Assembly (NCBI GenBank): GCA_046563655.1
Contig: CM102290.1
Coordinates: 6,634,001 to 6,698,000 of the forward strand
Length of the DNA: 64,000 nucleotides
Source: Yuukianura sp. NJ FZ-2021
Taxonomy: Eukaryota
Direction: 5' to 3'
Shown: one piece after another, positions 14,373-26,933 of the stretch
Layout: each line of letters begins with the position of its first letter
How positions within the stretch are numbered: position 1 is the first letter of the stretch
Notes under the pieces: model-generated
What the model was told of the DNA's origin: nothing
The model's database searches: none
What the model saw: only the letters and a program-made list of their open reading frames with translations
Position numbers and translations under genes: made by a program

Positions 14373-15938
14373 ATTTCAAAATGTAAACTCTTTAGTGATC
14401 GGAAAATCAAAAGGTAGAGTCGGAATGCAATTTTCAACTTGACTTATTGAAGTTGAAGAAATGGAATTAATTCAATTTATTGATTAAATTGAAATTGAGT
14501 TGAGACTGTTTGAGTTGAGAGAGTAACAGCTGGTAGTGTGACTACAGTCTCTCTCTAAATACTGAATTAATTGCTGTCTCAAGTGCTACATCTCCATAGT
14601 TTCCACACACCAACTGATAGGTTATGCTCTCCTCTATACGGTGATCATTGCACAGTGTGGATTAGTGACAGTTATCAGTGTTTAATCAAACAATCAAAAC
14701 TGTTCTTACAAACAACCTGTAAGTCTTAAGTTCCCATTCGAAGGGCCAGATGGAGCTGGACATCAATCCAGCCAAGGATAATGGTATTATTTTACCATTC
14801 TTTCCGAAGTATCGTTTATTCCATTACCTAAGTGAAATGGTCTGAAATGGTCGATCCAAAATCAGTAACTGATGCTGGAATGTTCGGCCCTCGTACAGTT
14901 GCAATCTTTTTTGAAAATGAAGAAGCGATGATCAAATCTATTGGTGCTGGAACAATCACAATTGGTGACTCTTGTTTACCAGTGTCACCCTTCACCAGAT
15001 CTTATTCGAAGATCTTCATGCGGAATGTGCCTCCATTCATTCCCGATGAGCTAATTGTCACTTCACTAAGTGGATTTGGTAAAGTTCTGGCTACATCCAA
15101 GATTAAATTCCGGTCACTTCCGGAAAAGCTCAAACACATCAACACGTTCATGCGGGAGGCAACTATGGAACTTACTGTTGAAAAGTCTGACATTCCAAGG
15201 TCAACTATTCTGAACTATGAAGGTCGCCAGTATACCATACAACTTGACACAGAAGCACAGCGATGCCATTTCTGCAATGGAACGAACCACTTCGCGAGTA
15301 AGTGCAAGAAGAGACTTGCTTCACTCTCTACAAATGATCCAAAGAATGTTCCGAAAAAACCAATTACCAACATCAGCACTCCAGTCTCCATTCCAACATG
15401 GGCTGACCTTGCAAAATCGAAAGGAGTTTTAAATTTGCAAAATACTACTCGCTCCGAAGGTGAAAACACCTCTGAATTTGACACTGACGAAACAGAAAAA
15501 GATGAAGATGGTTTCGAGAGGGTACGGAAACGAACAAGAAGATCACCACGAAAAGTAAATCAATCAGGGAGACTTGCCGTTCCCAATCAAATCCTAACAC
15601 CAATCTTCAGTGGCCCTTCAACTTTAACTCAACAACATGCTCCTGTACTTCCTCATTCTTCAAATACTTCCGAAGTCGAATCTGATCGTGATGACTCACT
15701 AATTGAAAACGTCCAACTCGAGCCACTTCCAGAAATTAGTCTTCCACAGGGTGTGTAGAAACACTGAGGACTCAATACCTACCCGGTACTGACTTCCTCC
15801 TATTTGGAATACTTGAACGATCTTTTAAGTGTACAAACTTTATTCCGAATTCAAATTAATCAAATGAAAATCCCAATTAGTAAAAAAGAGCCAATTTTAG
15901 AAGTAAGAGTATGCTCTATCTTACAAGACACACAAAAA

Positions 15939-16690
15939 GGTAGGGCAGTGCTCAAGGGTTGAGCACAGGTCTTCTGGAGGGAGTTGACAATTGATACGAC
16001 ATTGCGACCGGCCTACCGCAAAACTGTACGCACAAAATGCACAAAATTGAACGTTAAGAAGAAGGGGTCGAATATCGTTCTTGATTGATGTTCTTCATTT
16101 CTTGAGGAAGATGCACATAATGTATTGTCGATGTTGCCATGGCAATGCTCAAGGTAGTTCTCACAACTGCACAAACCTTCAATTGTGTGCATCATGCACA
16201 AAATTGTACGTTGTGGGGTAGGGGTCCAATATCGTTTCTTTAAAATCAAAATCAAAGAAATTTATTGTGAATGCAAATTTGAACCCTCCCATTCGCTGCT
16301 TACATGTTACGAATTTAAACCGGAGTTTGAGCCCTCTCATCAGTCCCAAATTAACAACGTAAATAAACATACTGTCAGAAAATGACCAGGTCAAAACTTC
16401 GTTGTTTATAAATATTTTGAGTGCAATCGAAACCAAAACAGTTTTGCGGAGCCACGATACTGCGGGTACGTAAAGTAGCCGCCAACTTTTACGTTGTTAA
16501 TTTAACACTTTGAGTGCAATGTAGACCTACTGAAAACTCTTGAGCCATACATAACCCCCCGACTGCGATGGGGCTAATGTTTCAGTACAATGAGTCCTAA
16601 AAAACGTGACAGACGGACGGACAGACGGACAAAGTCGTATCAATAGTCTTCTTCAGCACGTCGTAGACGTGCGTCTCCAGAAGACTAAAA
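15939..16690 (-). mobile_element. HINE (Helentron-associated) element inserted in the BEL 3' LTR
   Basis: Absent from the 5' LTR and inserted in a T-run. 5' subTIR AGTCTTCTGGAG with a GTCC microsatellite. 3' CTCCAGAAGAC followed by hairpin GTGCTCAA-CCC-TTGAGCAC. Confidence 0.85.
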
Positions 16691-17002
16691 AGGAACTATT
16701 TTCAAAAATGGCTACGTGATGATTTCATAACTTGAAAACTTATGCTTACTTTTAGAACTTTTTAAACTCAAAAACCCAAACAAAAGTTCCCGCCCTTCTT
16801 ATCCATTACGCATAGTCACAACCCTTACACAAATAATAATTTTAACACATTTTAACTTATTTCAACCTATTTTAACATATTTTAACCTAGTTTTAACATA
16901 CTCCACCTTCGATTGACGGAGTCAATTGAACTGTTAAAAGCATTCAAAGGAAAATTAAAATATAAGAGAAAACAATACAATCAAGAAATACAACTTAACT
17001 AA

Positions 17003-20000
17003 TCAAACAGATCCGAACCTTACGGGCTTCTTAACATTACGACCGCTCCTTGTCTTCACAATTTCAGATTCTGAAACTTCTTCCATTTCTTCCGGTTTTG
17101 ATTCTTCCGTAATCACGGTCCGCTTGTGCTTCTTTGTGGAAGTGGATGCATCCACTCCATTCGTTGTCACCGGAAAGATGACTTCTCCAGGCGCCAATTC
17201 CAGTGGGTACAAGCGTTGTATTGGACGAGTTAACTCTCCGCTCTCTGTTTTGACCTTGGCAACTCGATTTACTCCATCAAGTCCTGGATAGAGTTCCAAA
17301 ATTCGCCCCATTGGCCAAAGTACACGCTTGACGTCTTCACGGCCGATCAAAACCAAGTCGCCAATTTCCAGTGGTTTTGACTTCTGCTCGTTTCCTCGTT
17401 GGATCAAAAGTCCCAAGTACTCGCTCCGAAACCGATCCTTCAGCTCCTCTAAAAGAACACTCAAATTCTTTCGTTTAATACCCAATTTAGAAGCGGTGAG
17501 TACCTCGATCTCCGGTAAACTGGTCACCGGTAAGTCGTACAAAAACATCGCAGGAGTTAACGGAACGAAGTCGTTTGAGTCTTCGGTCACGAATGTAAGT
17601 GGACGATGATTGAGTGACCATTCCACTTGACAAAGGCACGTCTCCAGATCCTGGTATGTCAGCTTTGCGTGTCCACACATCCGTTTCAGCAAATCTTTCA
17701 TACTCCTGATGATCCTTTCCCACCACCCACCCCACCAGGGTGCTGATGGCGGGTTGAAACGCCAGGAGATCCTCTGTTGTTTTGTTTTCTTCTGGACTTC
17801 GTCCCAGTCAATCAACTTGAAAAGATTAGCAGCTCCAACAAAGTTTGTCCCGTTGTCGCTGTAGACAATGGACGGACGTGTCTTCCGCATCGAAAATCTT
17901 GTGAAGGCGAGTAGGAATTCTACCGTAGATATGGCTGGAACCAATTCGATGTGGACACATCTGTAAACCGCACAAGAAAATATTGTTATCCACACCTTTG
18001 AATTGTTCTTTAGCACCAATGGTCCGGCCAAATCCACGCCAGTCACGTGAAATGCTGTGACATCCTTCACTCTATTTTCTGGTAATGCTGGTGTCGGTTC
18101 AATTCTCTTCGTGGATGTGAAGCGCTGGCAGATGACGCATGAGCGTATAACTTTCTTCACTGCTAGACGTCCCTTCACAATCCACACTTTTTCACGCAGC
18201 AGTCCCATCATGATCTGTGCTCCACCGTGACAATTGAAAACATGTTCCTCTCGAATTAGCTGGGTTGTGATAGGATGATCATTCGGCAGTAGCACTGGAG
18301 TTTTAAATCCCACTGAGTCCTGTCGATTTGTCAATTTCGTTTTCACCCTAATCAGTCCGTATTCGTCTCTGCAGACTCGAAGCCCAGCAATCATGTTGTC
18401 ACCAGTGTTGAACGATTCTTGTTGAACCAGTAGAAACAACTTCCGTTCCGCATGATCGATTTCCTCCACCGTCAAAGTTATGGAGTCTTCTCTTCTTTTC
18501 GTCTTCAGTGCCTTCAGAAATCGAAGGACAAATGCCAAGATGCGAACGTTCACACTGTAACTGTTTTTGACCAAGTACCACAGCTTATCTGTGGAACAAA
18601 AAAGAGAAGTTATAAGACCTTTACGTCTTTCTGAATTAACCAGATCAGGGTCCGAATTAAATTTCTGTTCTGGCCAATCTATTTTCCCCAGTTTTAACCA
18701 ACTAGGCCCCTCCCACCACTTCAGCGAAAGGAATTTCCGAGGTGTAACCCCTCGAGACGGCAAGTCGGCCGGATTTAAATGTCCGGGAACAAACTTCCAC
18801 TGTTCAACTGTGGTCAGGGAGAGGATCTCACGCACGCGATTTCCCACAAATGTGCCCCACTCGTCGTTCTTTTTAACCCATGACAGGGCCGTTGTAGAGT
18901 CCGTCCAAAACCACGTGGGAACATCCTCCATGCCCAATGCTTTCTTTACACTTTTTGCCAATCTAGCACCAATTGAACAGCCTAAAAGTTCGAGTCGGGG
19001 AATGTTCACTTTCTTGACTGGGGCCACTCGTGATTTAGCTTGGATCAATTGAACTTCCACTTTGTCATCAATTTCGGTTCGTAAGAAGATAACAGTGGCG
19101 TAAGCACTTCCACTTGCGTCCGAAAACACATGTAGTTGAAACTGACTTTGTCCATTCGGTTGTCCAAAGGTACATCGTCTCGGAACACTGAAATTGAGAA
19201 ACATGTCACTCAGTTCACTATGCCACAAACGAAATTCCTCAACTAATTCACTTGGAAGTGGCTCATCCCACTTGCGATTCTCACTCCAGGCCTTTTGAAT
19301 TAACAATTTTGGTACAAGTACCACTGGAGCCAATAATCCAAGCGGGTCAAAAACTTGATGGACGAATGACAACACGACTCTTTTTGAAATCTTTTCTGGA
19401 AGTGGATCTGAAATGGAATCAACACATAAAGTATCTTCCCCCTTATTCCATTTCAGTCCTAGCACACTTGTCACTTCCCCCGTCTTGTCGCCAGTACACT
19501 CCCATTGTCTGAGGTCCATTCCAGCCAATTTCAAGATGTCGATGGCTTCTTGTTTGAAAATTTCAAACTCTTCGGGCGTATCGACAGACAGAACGCAGTT
19601 GTCCACGTAAATGGAGCTCTTCAGCTTTTTGATTGTCTCCGGAAACTGCGCTTCTAACTTGTGAAAATGAAAACTGAGAACTGCGCCTAGGAGAAACGGG
19701 CTACAGTTCATCCCGAACACTACCCGGTTATGTCGATAGATGGTCATCGTTTTGTCTTCTAGATTTTCCCACCACAAGAAGCGAAGAAAATCTCTGTCAT
19801 CTTCATTGACCTCTATCATCTGGAAAGCCTTCCTGATGTCTGAGATGACCCCAACTCGACCCAACCTAAAACGTAACAAAAGTGATGGGATCAGTTCGAG
19901 TAGATTAGGTCCCTTTTCGAGGCAACCATTAAGTGACGGCGCTCTTCCCACTTTGCAGGAAGCGTCGAACACTGGCCGAATTGGTGTAGTCTTGCTCTCT

Positions 20001-22246
20001 GGCTTCAATACGGCACGATGAGGAAGATAGTGACAGTTTTCCATTTTTTCTGTCACACGGGAAATCAATCCTTCCTTCTCCCACTCCAAAAAGATAAGAC
20101 TGTAATCTTCTACTTTACCGAGAGCCACCAATTTTCTTGTGGTAGATTCAAGCCGCTGCTGAGCAACTTGCAGATTCGTTGGGATTAGTACTCCATCAGA
20201 CACCCACGGTAGGCAAACTGAGTACATTCCTTCGTCACGTTGTTTGACTGTCTCAATAAAATGCTGCTGCGCTCTGGAATCCTTTTCTTCCTGAGACATG
20301 GCTTCTGCAGGATCTGTAATGCCCAGAACGTCCAGTGACCACAAGTCACAAACACTAGCACTTTGCACAGTCATACAAATCGAAGTCATTGCCAAGTTCA
20401 CTTCTTTGGGCTGTTCAAATTCCCCCATCAAAGTCCAACCAAGACGAGTTTCCGTTGCCAAGAGTCCATTCTTCAATCGCTGCAACTTTCCTGTCAACAG
20501 ATTAGCTAAAAGATCAGCGCCGATTAGAAATTCAATTTCTCTTGGAATATGCTCATCAAGGTCATTCACAAAAATTTTCAAACTTTTCAGTTCTTTCATC
20601 CAGGATCCTCTAGCGACACGAGGGAGGTTACCACAAATAGTTACCTGGTCCATGACTCTCACGTCCATCACAAAGGGACCACTTACACTCCGTAGATTGA
20701 CGTCAAAAATTCCGTGTGGAGTGTTCGAAACTTCGGTCCCACCAAAAAGTTGATGGTTCATCGTGAGGGTCTGAAATGGCAGCAAGTCCAAGTCCTCAGC
20801 AGTTTTCTTGAGCATATAGCTCCGTTGTGACCCACAATCCAGAAGGGCACGAACAGTCTTGCATTTCTTTGAAGTTGGATTCTCCAATTTCACCATTAAG
20901 GTTCGAAGTACCACTTCACTGGTACAATTCAAGTTCGTCTGAGTCGTTGCCGAATCTTCCTTCTTCTGTTCTGCCTTTCCCATGTTCCGTGGATTAGTAG
21001 GGCACATCAAAGGTTCATGTCGCTTTCCGCACAAGTTGCATTTGACATTCGACTTACAAGTTTTAGAAATGTGACCTGGCCGAAGACAAACAAAACAGGC
21101 ACCTTTCTTCTTTAATTTTCCGTTGCGCTCCTCCATAGTAATCTTCTGCGCAGCGAAACAATTCTTACTTGCATGGTCCTTGTCACAAAACACACACAAA
21201 GGCTTAGCAGAGCCGCTAAATAGTCCAGCCGCAGTGAATGGGTCATTTGATTGCTCAGTTGACTTCGACTTCCGAGAATCCGACCTTCTGTCAGCTGAGT
21301 CGAATCCACTTTTGGCTAATTTTCTCTGCTCCTCGTTATCGATTTCATTTCTGAGAAATTCCATCAAGAAATCGAGTTCACTCTTCGGTGGGGTCAATTT
21401 AGAGCCGTCTTGTCCAAAACTGGAACTTCTCTGCCATGCCACCAGAATTTCTTCCGGTAGACTCGACTCTACCATTGGGAATAAGAAAATTCCCATCTGC
21501 TCCACCGTCACTCCAAGAGAGTCCAAAGATCGAATGTGAGATTCAAGTCGGTCGTAAAGTGTAGAAAGCGCCATCTTTTCTCTCGATTTCATCAGAATCA
21601 TAGAGATCAATTCCCTAACATAAACTTGCTTGAGAAGTTTGGGCTTCCCGTACCGATTCTGTAGCGCAGACACAGCGTTTTGGTAATTGGCCTTCGATTG
21701 AGGATATCCCTTCACCAACTCTTCCGCTCGTGATCCTTTCTGCATTGACTGGATGAGGTAAGTAAACTTGTCCGCCTCGTCCAGACCTTCGTCCGTATGG
21801 ATTTTTTCGTACTGGGCCCACCAACCCAGCCACTCCTTCAATTCACCCCCGAATTTCCGAAGTTCAATTTTTGGATATTTTGTAGTCGTTTTCCGTTGTG
21901 AATATGAAGAGCTGTCGAGACTGTCACTCCGAGTGCTGCGAGGAATCGATGGATGTAGTAAGTTCTGTACTCTGACTCTGATCTCACTCACTTTGAATTC
22001 GTAATCGTGACATGAGTTCATATCTTCCTCCAGCATCTCTTCAGTAAACTCGTCATCGTCGAACAACAGATTTCTGATGGCCTCGTCAACTTCACTCAGT
22101 TTGATCGACTGATTTTCAAGAACCGGCATCGTAGCTTCGATCTTCACGAAATCGCTTTCGGTCTTCTTCAATTCAGCATCCAGTGCATTAACCCATTTTG
22201 TAACAGCAATTCGAAGCAGCTTCCGATTCTTCTTAAGTTGATCCAT
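17003..22246 (-). CDS. BEL/Pao gag-pol polyprotein (1747 aa)
   Basis: Gag CCHC fingers, protease LLDCGSQ, RT YVDN, RNase H FSDAS, integrase GVDLAGP/SDNGTNF/GGWWER. Uninterrupted. Confidence 0.96.
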   Translation of the reverse strand: MDQLKKNRKLLRIAVTKWVNALDAELKKTESDFVKIEATMPVLENQSIKLSEVDEAIRNLLFDDDEFTEEMLEEDMNSCHDYEFKVSEIRVRVQNLLHPSIPRSTRSDSLDSSSYSQRKTTTKYPKIELRKFGGELKEWLGWWAQYEKIHTDEGLDEADKFTYLIQSMQKGSRAEELVKGYPQSKANYQNAVSALQNRYGKPKLLKQVYVRELISMILMKSREKMALSTLYDRLESHIRSLDSLGVTVEQMGIFLFPMVESSLPEEILVAWQRSSSFGQDGSKLTPPKSELDFLMEFLRNEIDNEEQRKLAKSGFDSADRRSDSRKSKSTEQSNDPFTAAGLFSGSAKPLCVFCDKDHASKNCFAAQKITMEERNGKLKKKGACFVCLRPGHISKTCKSNVKCNLCGKRHEPLMCPTNPRNMGKAEQKKEDSATTQTNLNCTSEVVLRTLMVKLENPTSKKCKTVRALLDCGSQRSYMLKKTAEDLDLLPFQTLTMNHQLFGGTEVSNTPHGIFDVNLRSVSGPFVMDVRVMDQVTICGNLPRVARGSWMKELKSLKIFVNDLDEHIPREIEFLIGADLLANLLTGKLQRLKNGLLATETRLGWTLMGEFEQPKEVNLAMTSICMTVQSASVCDLWSLDVLGITDPAEAMSQEEKDSRAQQHFIETVKQRDEGMYSVCLPWVSDGVLIPTNLQVAQQRLESTTRKLVALGKVEDYSLIFLEWEKEGLISRVTEKMENCHYLPHRAVLKPESKTTPIRPVFDASCKVGRAPSLNGCLEKGPNLLELIPSLLLRFRLGRVGVISDIRKAFQMIEVNEDDRDFLRFLWWENLEDKTMTIYRHNRVVFGMNCSPFLLGAVLSFHFHKLEAQFPETIKKLKSSIYVDNCVLSVDTPEEFEIFKQEAIDILKLAGMDLRQWECTGDKTGEVTSVLGLKWNKGEDTLCVDSISDPLPEKISKRVVLSFVHQVFDPLGLLAPVVLVPKLLIQKAWSENRKWDEPLPSELVEEFRLWHSELSDMFLNFSVPRRCTFGQPNGQSQFQLHVFSDASGSAYATVIFLRTEIDDKVEVQLIQAKSRVAPVKKVNIPRLELLGCSIGARLAKSVKKALGMEDVPTWFWTDSTTALSWVKKNDEWGTFVGNRVREILSLTTVEQWKFVPGHLNPADLPSRGVTPRKFLSLKWWEGPSWLKLGKIDWPEQKFNSDPDLVNSERRKGLITSLFCSTDKLWYLVKNSYSVNVRILAFVLRFLKALKTKRREDSITLTVEEIDHAERKLFLLVQQESFNTGDNMIAGLRVCRDEYGLIRVKTKLTNRQDSVGFKTPVLLPNDHPITTQLIREEHVFNCHGGAQIMMGLLREKVWIVKGRLAVKKVIRSCVICQRFTSTKRIEPTPALPENRVKDVTAFHVTGVDLAGPLVLKNNSKVWITIFSCAVYRCVHIELVPAISTVEFLLAFTRFSMRKTRPSIVYSDNGTNFVGAANLFKLIDWDEVQKKTKQQRISWRFNPPSAPWWGGWWERIIRSMKDLLKRMCGHAKLTYQDLETCLCQVEWSLNHRPLTFVTEDSNDFVPLTPAMFLYDLPVTSLPEIEVLTASKLGIKRKNLSVLLEELKDRFRSEYLGLLIQRGNEQKSKPLEIGDLVLIGREDVKRVLWPMGRILELYPGLDGVNRVAKVKTESGELTRPIQRLYPLELAPGEVIFPVTTNGVDASTSTKKHKRTVITEESKPEEMEEVSESEIVKTRSGRNVKKPVRFGSV

Positions 22247-23435
22247 CCCTCAATTCCAAACAATCAACGGTGAGATAAAGTCAACCAAATGAACTTGGAA
22301 CGGTCTTTACCTAAATCTGGTCTCGTCCGGTGAGACCAACCCACGACGTAAACAGGTGGTTAATGGTTGATGCTATCGTAACGTCCTTCCGTCTCTCGTG
22401 GTATCGAACTCGCCAAAATCAAAGCAAAACGAACGGTTAGATTTCCACCAATCTCACGATAATTGGAACGGTAATCACCTGATTCAGCCCTTGTCCGGTA
22501 AGGGCGTACCACTACGCAAACAGTTGATTGTGGTGGTCCTTGTGTCCAAGATCAAGTGTGTTCCAACTCCCAGTGTCAAGTCCCAGTGTCAGTTCAATCG
22601 CCAAAAGTCATCCAAAAATGTACGAGGTTAGAATGAATCAAAATCAGTTTTGAATCAGAACTTAATTCACCTTAGTTAGTCCTCATCCGGTTGAGGACAT
22701 ACCACGATGCAAGCAAAGTGATCCGGTGTCAATGTTCAGATCCAATCGTTCGGTCCAGATCGTCAAGTTATCCCTCAGGTTCGGTATATTCTTAATTAGC
22801 ACAGGGTCGCCAAAAAATGTAGAAACACTGAGGACTCAATACCTACCCGGTACTGACTTCCTCCTATTTGGAATACTTGAACGATCTTTTAAGTGTACAA
22901 ACTTTATTCCGAATTCAAATTAATCAAATGAAAATCCCAATTAGTAAAAAAGAGCCAATTTTAGAAGTAAGAGTATGCTCTATCTTACAAGACACACAAA
23001 AAGGAACTATTTTCAAAAATGGCTACGTGATGATTTCATAACTTGAAAACTTATGCTTACTTTTAGAACTTTTTAAACTCAAAAACCCAAACAAAAGTTC
23101 CCGCCCTTCTTATCCATTACGCATAGTCACAACCCTTACACAAATAATAATTTTAACACATTTTAACTTATTTCAACCTATTTTAACATATTTTAACCTA
23201 GTTTTAACAGGGTGTCCAGATCGAAGACTTAATTTTGTTTCTTTCATCTTTCAAATCAGGAAGAGTAACAAAGAAAAAAATTGAATCTACTCTCATCACT
23301 GTTGCTGTTTCCCGGGCAAAGATGAAAACAACGCTTCTACTACTTAAAAATGAGGTGTCACCAACATCGCATCCAATTTTGCGTAAGATTTTAATACAAT
23401 TTTAAGATTCTAAGATCTAAATACAAACCAATACA

Positions 23436-26400
23436 ATGGGATTATCTGTATATAGTTTTAACACCCAAGGCTTAAAAAATCTACAATCTAAAATTAAATT
23501 AGTAAAATTATTAAATTTATTTAAACCCGATATTTTATGCTTAGAAGAAACGAACATTGATCCAAAGTTCGATCAAAAGGTAATTCTTCAGGGTTATTCT
23601 GTCTCTTATAACCCTCCAATTGCCCCATTCAGTGGCACCGCAATTTTTTACAACAGTAGGTTTAATTTTGTTTTAAGTGAAATATTAGCCGAAGGTAGAT
23701 TACAGTATATTAGACTAAAACACTCAAATAATGAATTTGGTATTTTCAATATCCATATTCCCCACAATTTACGTGATTTCAATTTTGTCTTCTCCGCACT
23801 ACAATCAAAATTAACTAATATTCCACATGCGAATATTATACTTTGTGGTGACTGGAACTATGTTGATGATGTTTATCTCGATTCACTTAACCGAAGCACA
23901 AATAACGCTAAATTTCGAAAATCAATGTTAAAATTGTATAAAGACTTCAATTTACACGATTCTTTTAGAATTTTTTTTCCCACAAAAATTTCATTCACAC
24001 ATACTGGAAATCAGTATCACCAGCCTATGGCCAGGCTTGACCGTATTTATGTAAACGCTAAACTTATTAGCAACGTTAAATTTGTCGACATTTTACCGTC
24101 TTTTTCTGATCATAAAATGATTTGTACAAAATTTAATTTTCTACACCAAAATTTTTTTCGAATCTGGAAATTTCCAAATTACATATTAAATGACGATTAC
24201 TTCACCGTCCAAATTAAACAACTATTAAATGATTTTTTAAATTTGAATGTGAAGACGTTCACCTCTTATGAACTTTTAAAGTGGAAATTGAAAAAATGCG
24301 CAATTTCCTATTTAAATTACAAACATTTCGAAAAAATTTCAAATTATAATGAGATGAAGTTTCTTATGAAAAATAATCATAACAAATTCTTTAATCTGAT
24401 TACAGATAACGAACGTTTCGAAGACAAATTCGAATATACTCCAAATAAAATATTCAACGTCAACTGTGAGGTCACAGTTGATTCTGTTTTCAACAATTTT
24501 TCAGACGAAACCAAAACAAAATTATTTTATGATTTTTTCTCTACAAAATTTAAATCTAATACGGTTCAAAACAATATAGATGAGAACTTTTTCACACTTT
24601 TACCAAAATTAAATAATGACCAAATTGATTATCTTTCTAAAGATATTTCCCCTGAGGAAATCAAAACTGCAATCCTACAACTAAAGAATGAAACGTGTCC
24701 TGGTCTTGACGGGATTTCAAGTGAATTGATTCAAAAATTTGTTGCTGAATTTACCAAGATATTCGAATGGCTATGGAGCGAATGTTTATTTCGCGATGAA
24801 ATGCCGGACTCTCTTAAGTGTGGAATTGTTACCTTGATTTATAAAAAAGATAACCCTATGAACCTCTCAAATTGGAGACCAATTATTATGTCAAATTCGG
24901 ATTACAAAGTCTTCTCCACTGTTTTTAAAAATAGAATTTCAAAATTTCTTGATGATTTGATTTCTTCTGCTCAGACCTGCAATGTCCCTGGAAGAAATAT
25001 TTTTCACAATTTAAAATTTTTATCAGAAAACATTTGTGATAAATACGATGGTGCAATTCTTTCAATTGACCAAGAATCTGAATTTGACAATATAAACCAC
25101 GATTATTTGTTTTCAATTTTAAAATACTATGGATTTCCTGACACCTTTGTTAACTCAATTAAAATACTTTACAAGAACAGCTTTGTTCATGTAAACTATG
25201 GTAATGGACTTACAAATAAGATAACAGTTGGTAAAGGGGTTAAACAAGGTGATCCTATTGCTTCTTCTTTATATATTCTGTGTTTAGAGCCTTTAATTCG
25301 AAACTTGTCTGAAAAGCTACTTAAAATTGGTCCAAGTCCTTTTCTTAATTATCCCAATTCTAATATCAGTGCATATGCCGACGACACTACTATTTTTATA
25401 TCATCACTAAGTCAGTTTGATGTTGTAGTCCAAGAATTTGAAAACTATGGAAAGCTTTCAGGTGGAAAGATTAAAGACTCCAAAACGGAAGTTCTATTTT
25501 TGGGTAAATGGAAAGTTCTAAATATACAAACAAATTTTAAAGTTGTAAACCGGATTAAAATCCTTGGTGTTGTCTTCGGAGAAAATTTTGAAAATAATTG
25601 GGACTCTTTAATAACAAAAATTAAGTTAAAAGTTGATTCATTTAAAACAAAGTACCCAAACTCAAGTCTCTTTTTAAAATCCAGGATCCTAAATATGTTT
25701 ATCCTCCCACTCACTTACTTCCTTTTAAAAATTCTAAAACCTCCGGAGAATTTTGTCAAAAATCTTGAAGATATTGTCTGTGAATATATATGGGAACGAA
25801 AAAGAAATTGGGTAAAAAAATCTTTTATTTATTTGCCGAAATCCTTTGGTGGACTTGGGATCAAACATCCCAAGGTCCAGAGCTTTATTTTTCAAATTCG
25901 CCACTTAAAAGAATTAATCCAGACAGCAGATAATCACTATTATTTGAAAGAATCAAAAAAAGATGCTTACAAAATACTTTTTGAAAATTCGTACGAAGAC
26001 GACTATTTCTCTGAACTATGTACCGCTATCCATAAGATCAAACTAAATTTCTAAGAATTACCAGAATTTCTTTTAAATAAAATTTGTATACAAAATAGGG
26101 CAATTTTCCCAAGACCACTAAAGCTTCTAGAATCCTTCGGAATAAAGTACATTTCTGAATTTTCTTCAATTAAGGATCTAACCGTTCCGATTTTTCGTAA
26201 ACGGTCATTTGAAACCGAAATTAAAACTTTCGAGGAAAATTTAAAAGTTTTCAAACAAAATTTATCTTCAAAAGGTGAAAAGGTCAAATTGAAACCTCTA
26301 AATCCAATTCTCGACGATTACGTTCCGTTCAGTAACAAAAACGAATATATTACGATTTGTTTCTCATTGTTTCACTACGAGAAACTTTCACTAATTGATA

Positions 26401-26933
26401 AACAAAAACTTGAATCAAAGAAATGGGAAAGATTGAAAAATAAGTTACTTCCCATTCATATTAAGTCTTTAATGTGGAGATTTTGGCATAATGCCATTAT
26501 TTCTTTCGATATTGCAAAAAATATGGGCCTAATTTCAGACGGCAGTTGCCCATACTGCCATCAAACAAAGACTTCCTGCACTCATCTAATTGTGTGCATA
26601 TCTTCCAAAAAATTGTGGGAATATGTTCACTCATTATTGAAAAGATCGAATTCAAAGAATAAGGTTTATGATAAGACTTTTGGTTGTAATGATGAATTTG
26701 CTAACTATCTAATTTTTAGTGCAATATATATTTTATATAATAGATTTATCTATAATATTAATTCTGGTAAGACAGATTATATAGTAGGCAAATACAAGCA
26801 ATTTGTGTTCCAAAATATATTTTTAAGCTTCCATAGTTTTAAAAGTAAAAATGACGTTGATCAATTCAGACTTCTTTGGTCAGATGCCCAATTTATTAAT
26901 ATTAACGCAAATTCTGTAGAAATTAGGTTGTAA
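23436..26933 (+). pseudogene. LINE ORF2 (APE endonuclease, RT, C-terminal CCHC) with one nonsense codon
   Basis: LCLEET, CGDWN, RLDRIY, FSDH, PGLDG, WRPI, GVKQGDP, YADD, CPYC..H...C. TAA at 26052-26054, with the downstream ORF in the same frame. Confidence 0.93.

Larger units (their letters stand above)
15754..23209 (-). mobile_element. BEL/Pao LTR retrotransposon, apparently intact
   Basis: 5' LTR 22818-23209 (392 bp) and 3' LTR 15754-16898 with an insertion. TG..CA ends, TSD GGGTG, PBS-like TGGCGACCCTG, PPT GAAGGTGGAG. Confidence 0.95.
14750..23405 (+). pseudogene. LINE ORF1 (RRM-like plus CCHC knuckle), in two parts: 14750-15753 and 23215-23405
   Basis: NVPPFIPDE.I...LS.FG motif and CHFCNGTNHFASKC. 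A 10-bp duplication (TGAAATGGTC x2) frameshifts the start. The frame resumes after the BEL TSD. Confidence 0.8.

Noticed and set aside
16321..16360. Minus-strand CTGATGA-GAG-GG-CTC-AAAC hammerhead-like word
   Set aside because: Lacks G12 of GAAA, has a 2-nt loop, and no convincing stems I and III.
17328..22004. Plus-strand ORFs opposite the BEL polyprotein (likewise for the other BELs)
   Set aside because: Antisense shadows with no recognisable motifs.
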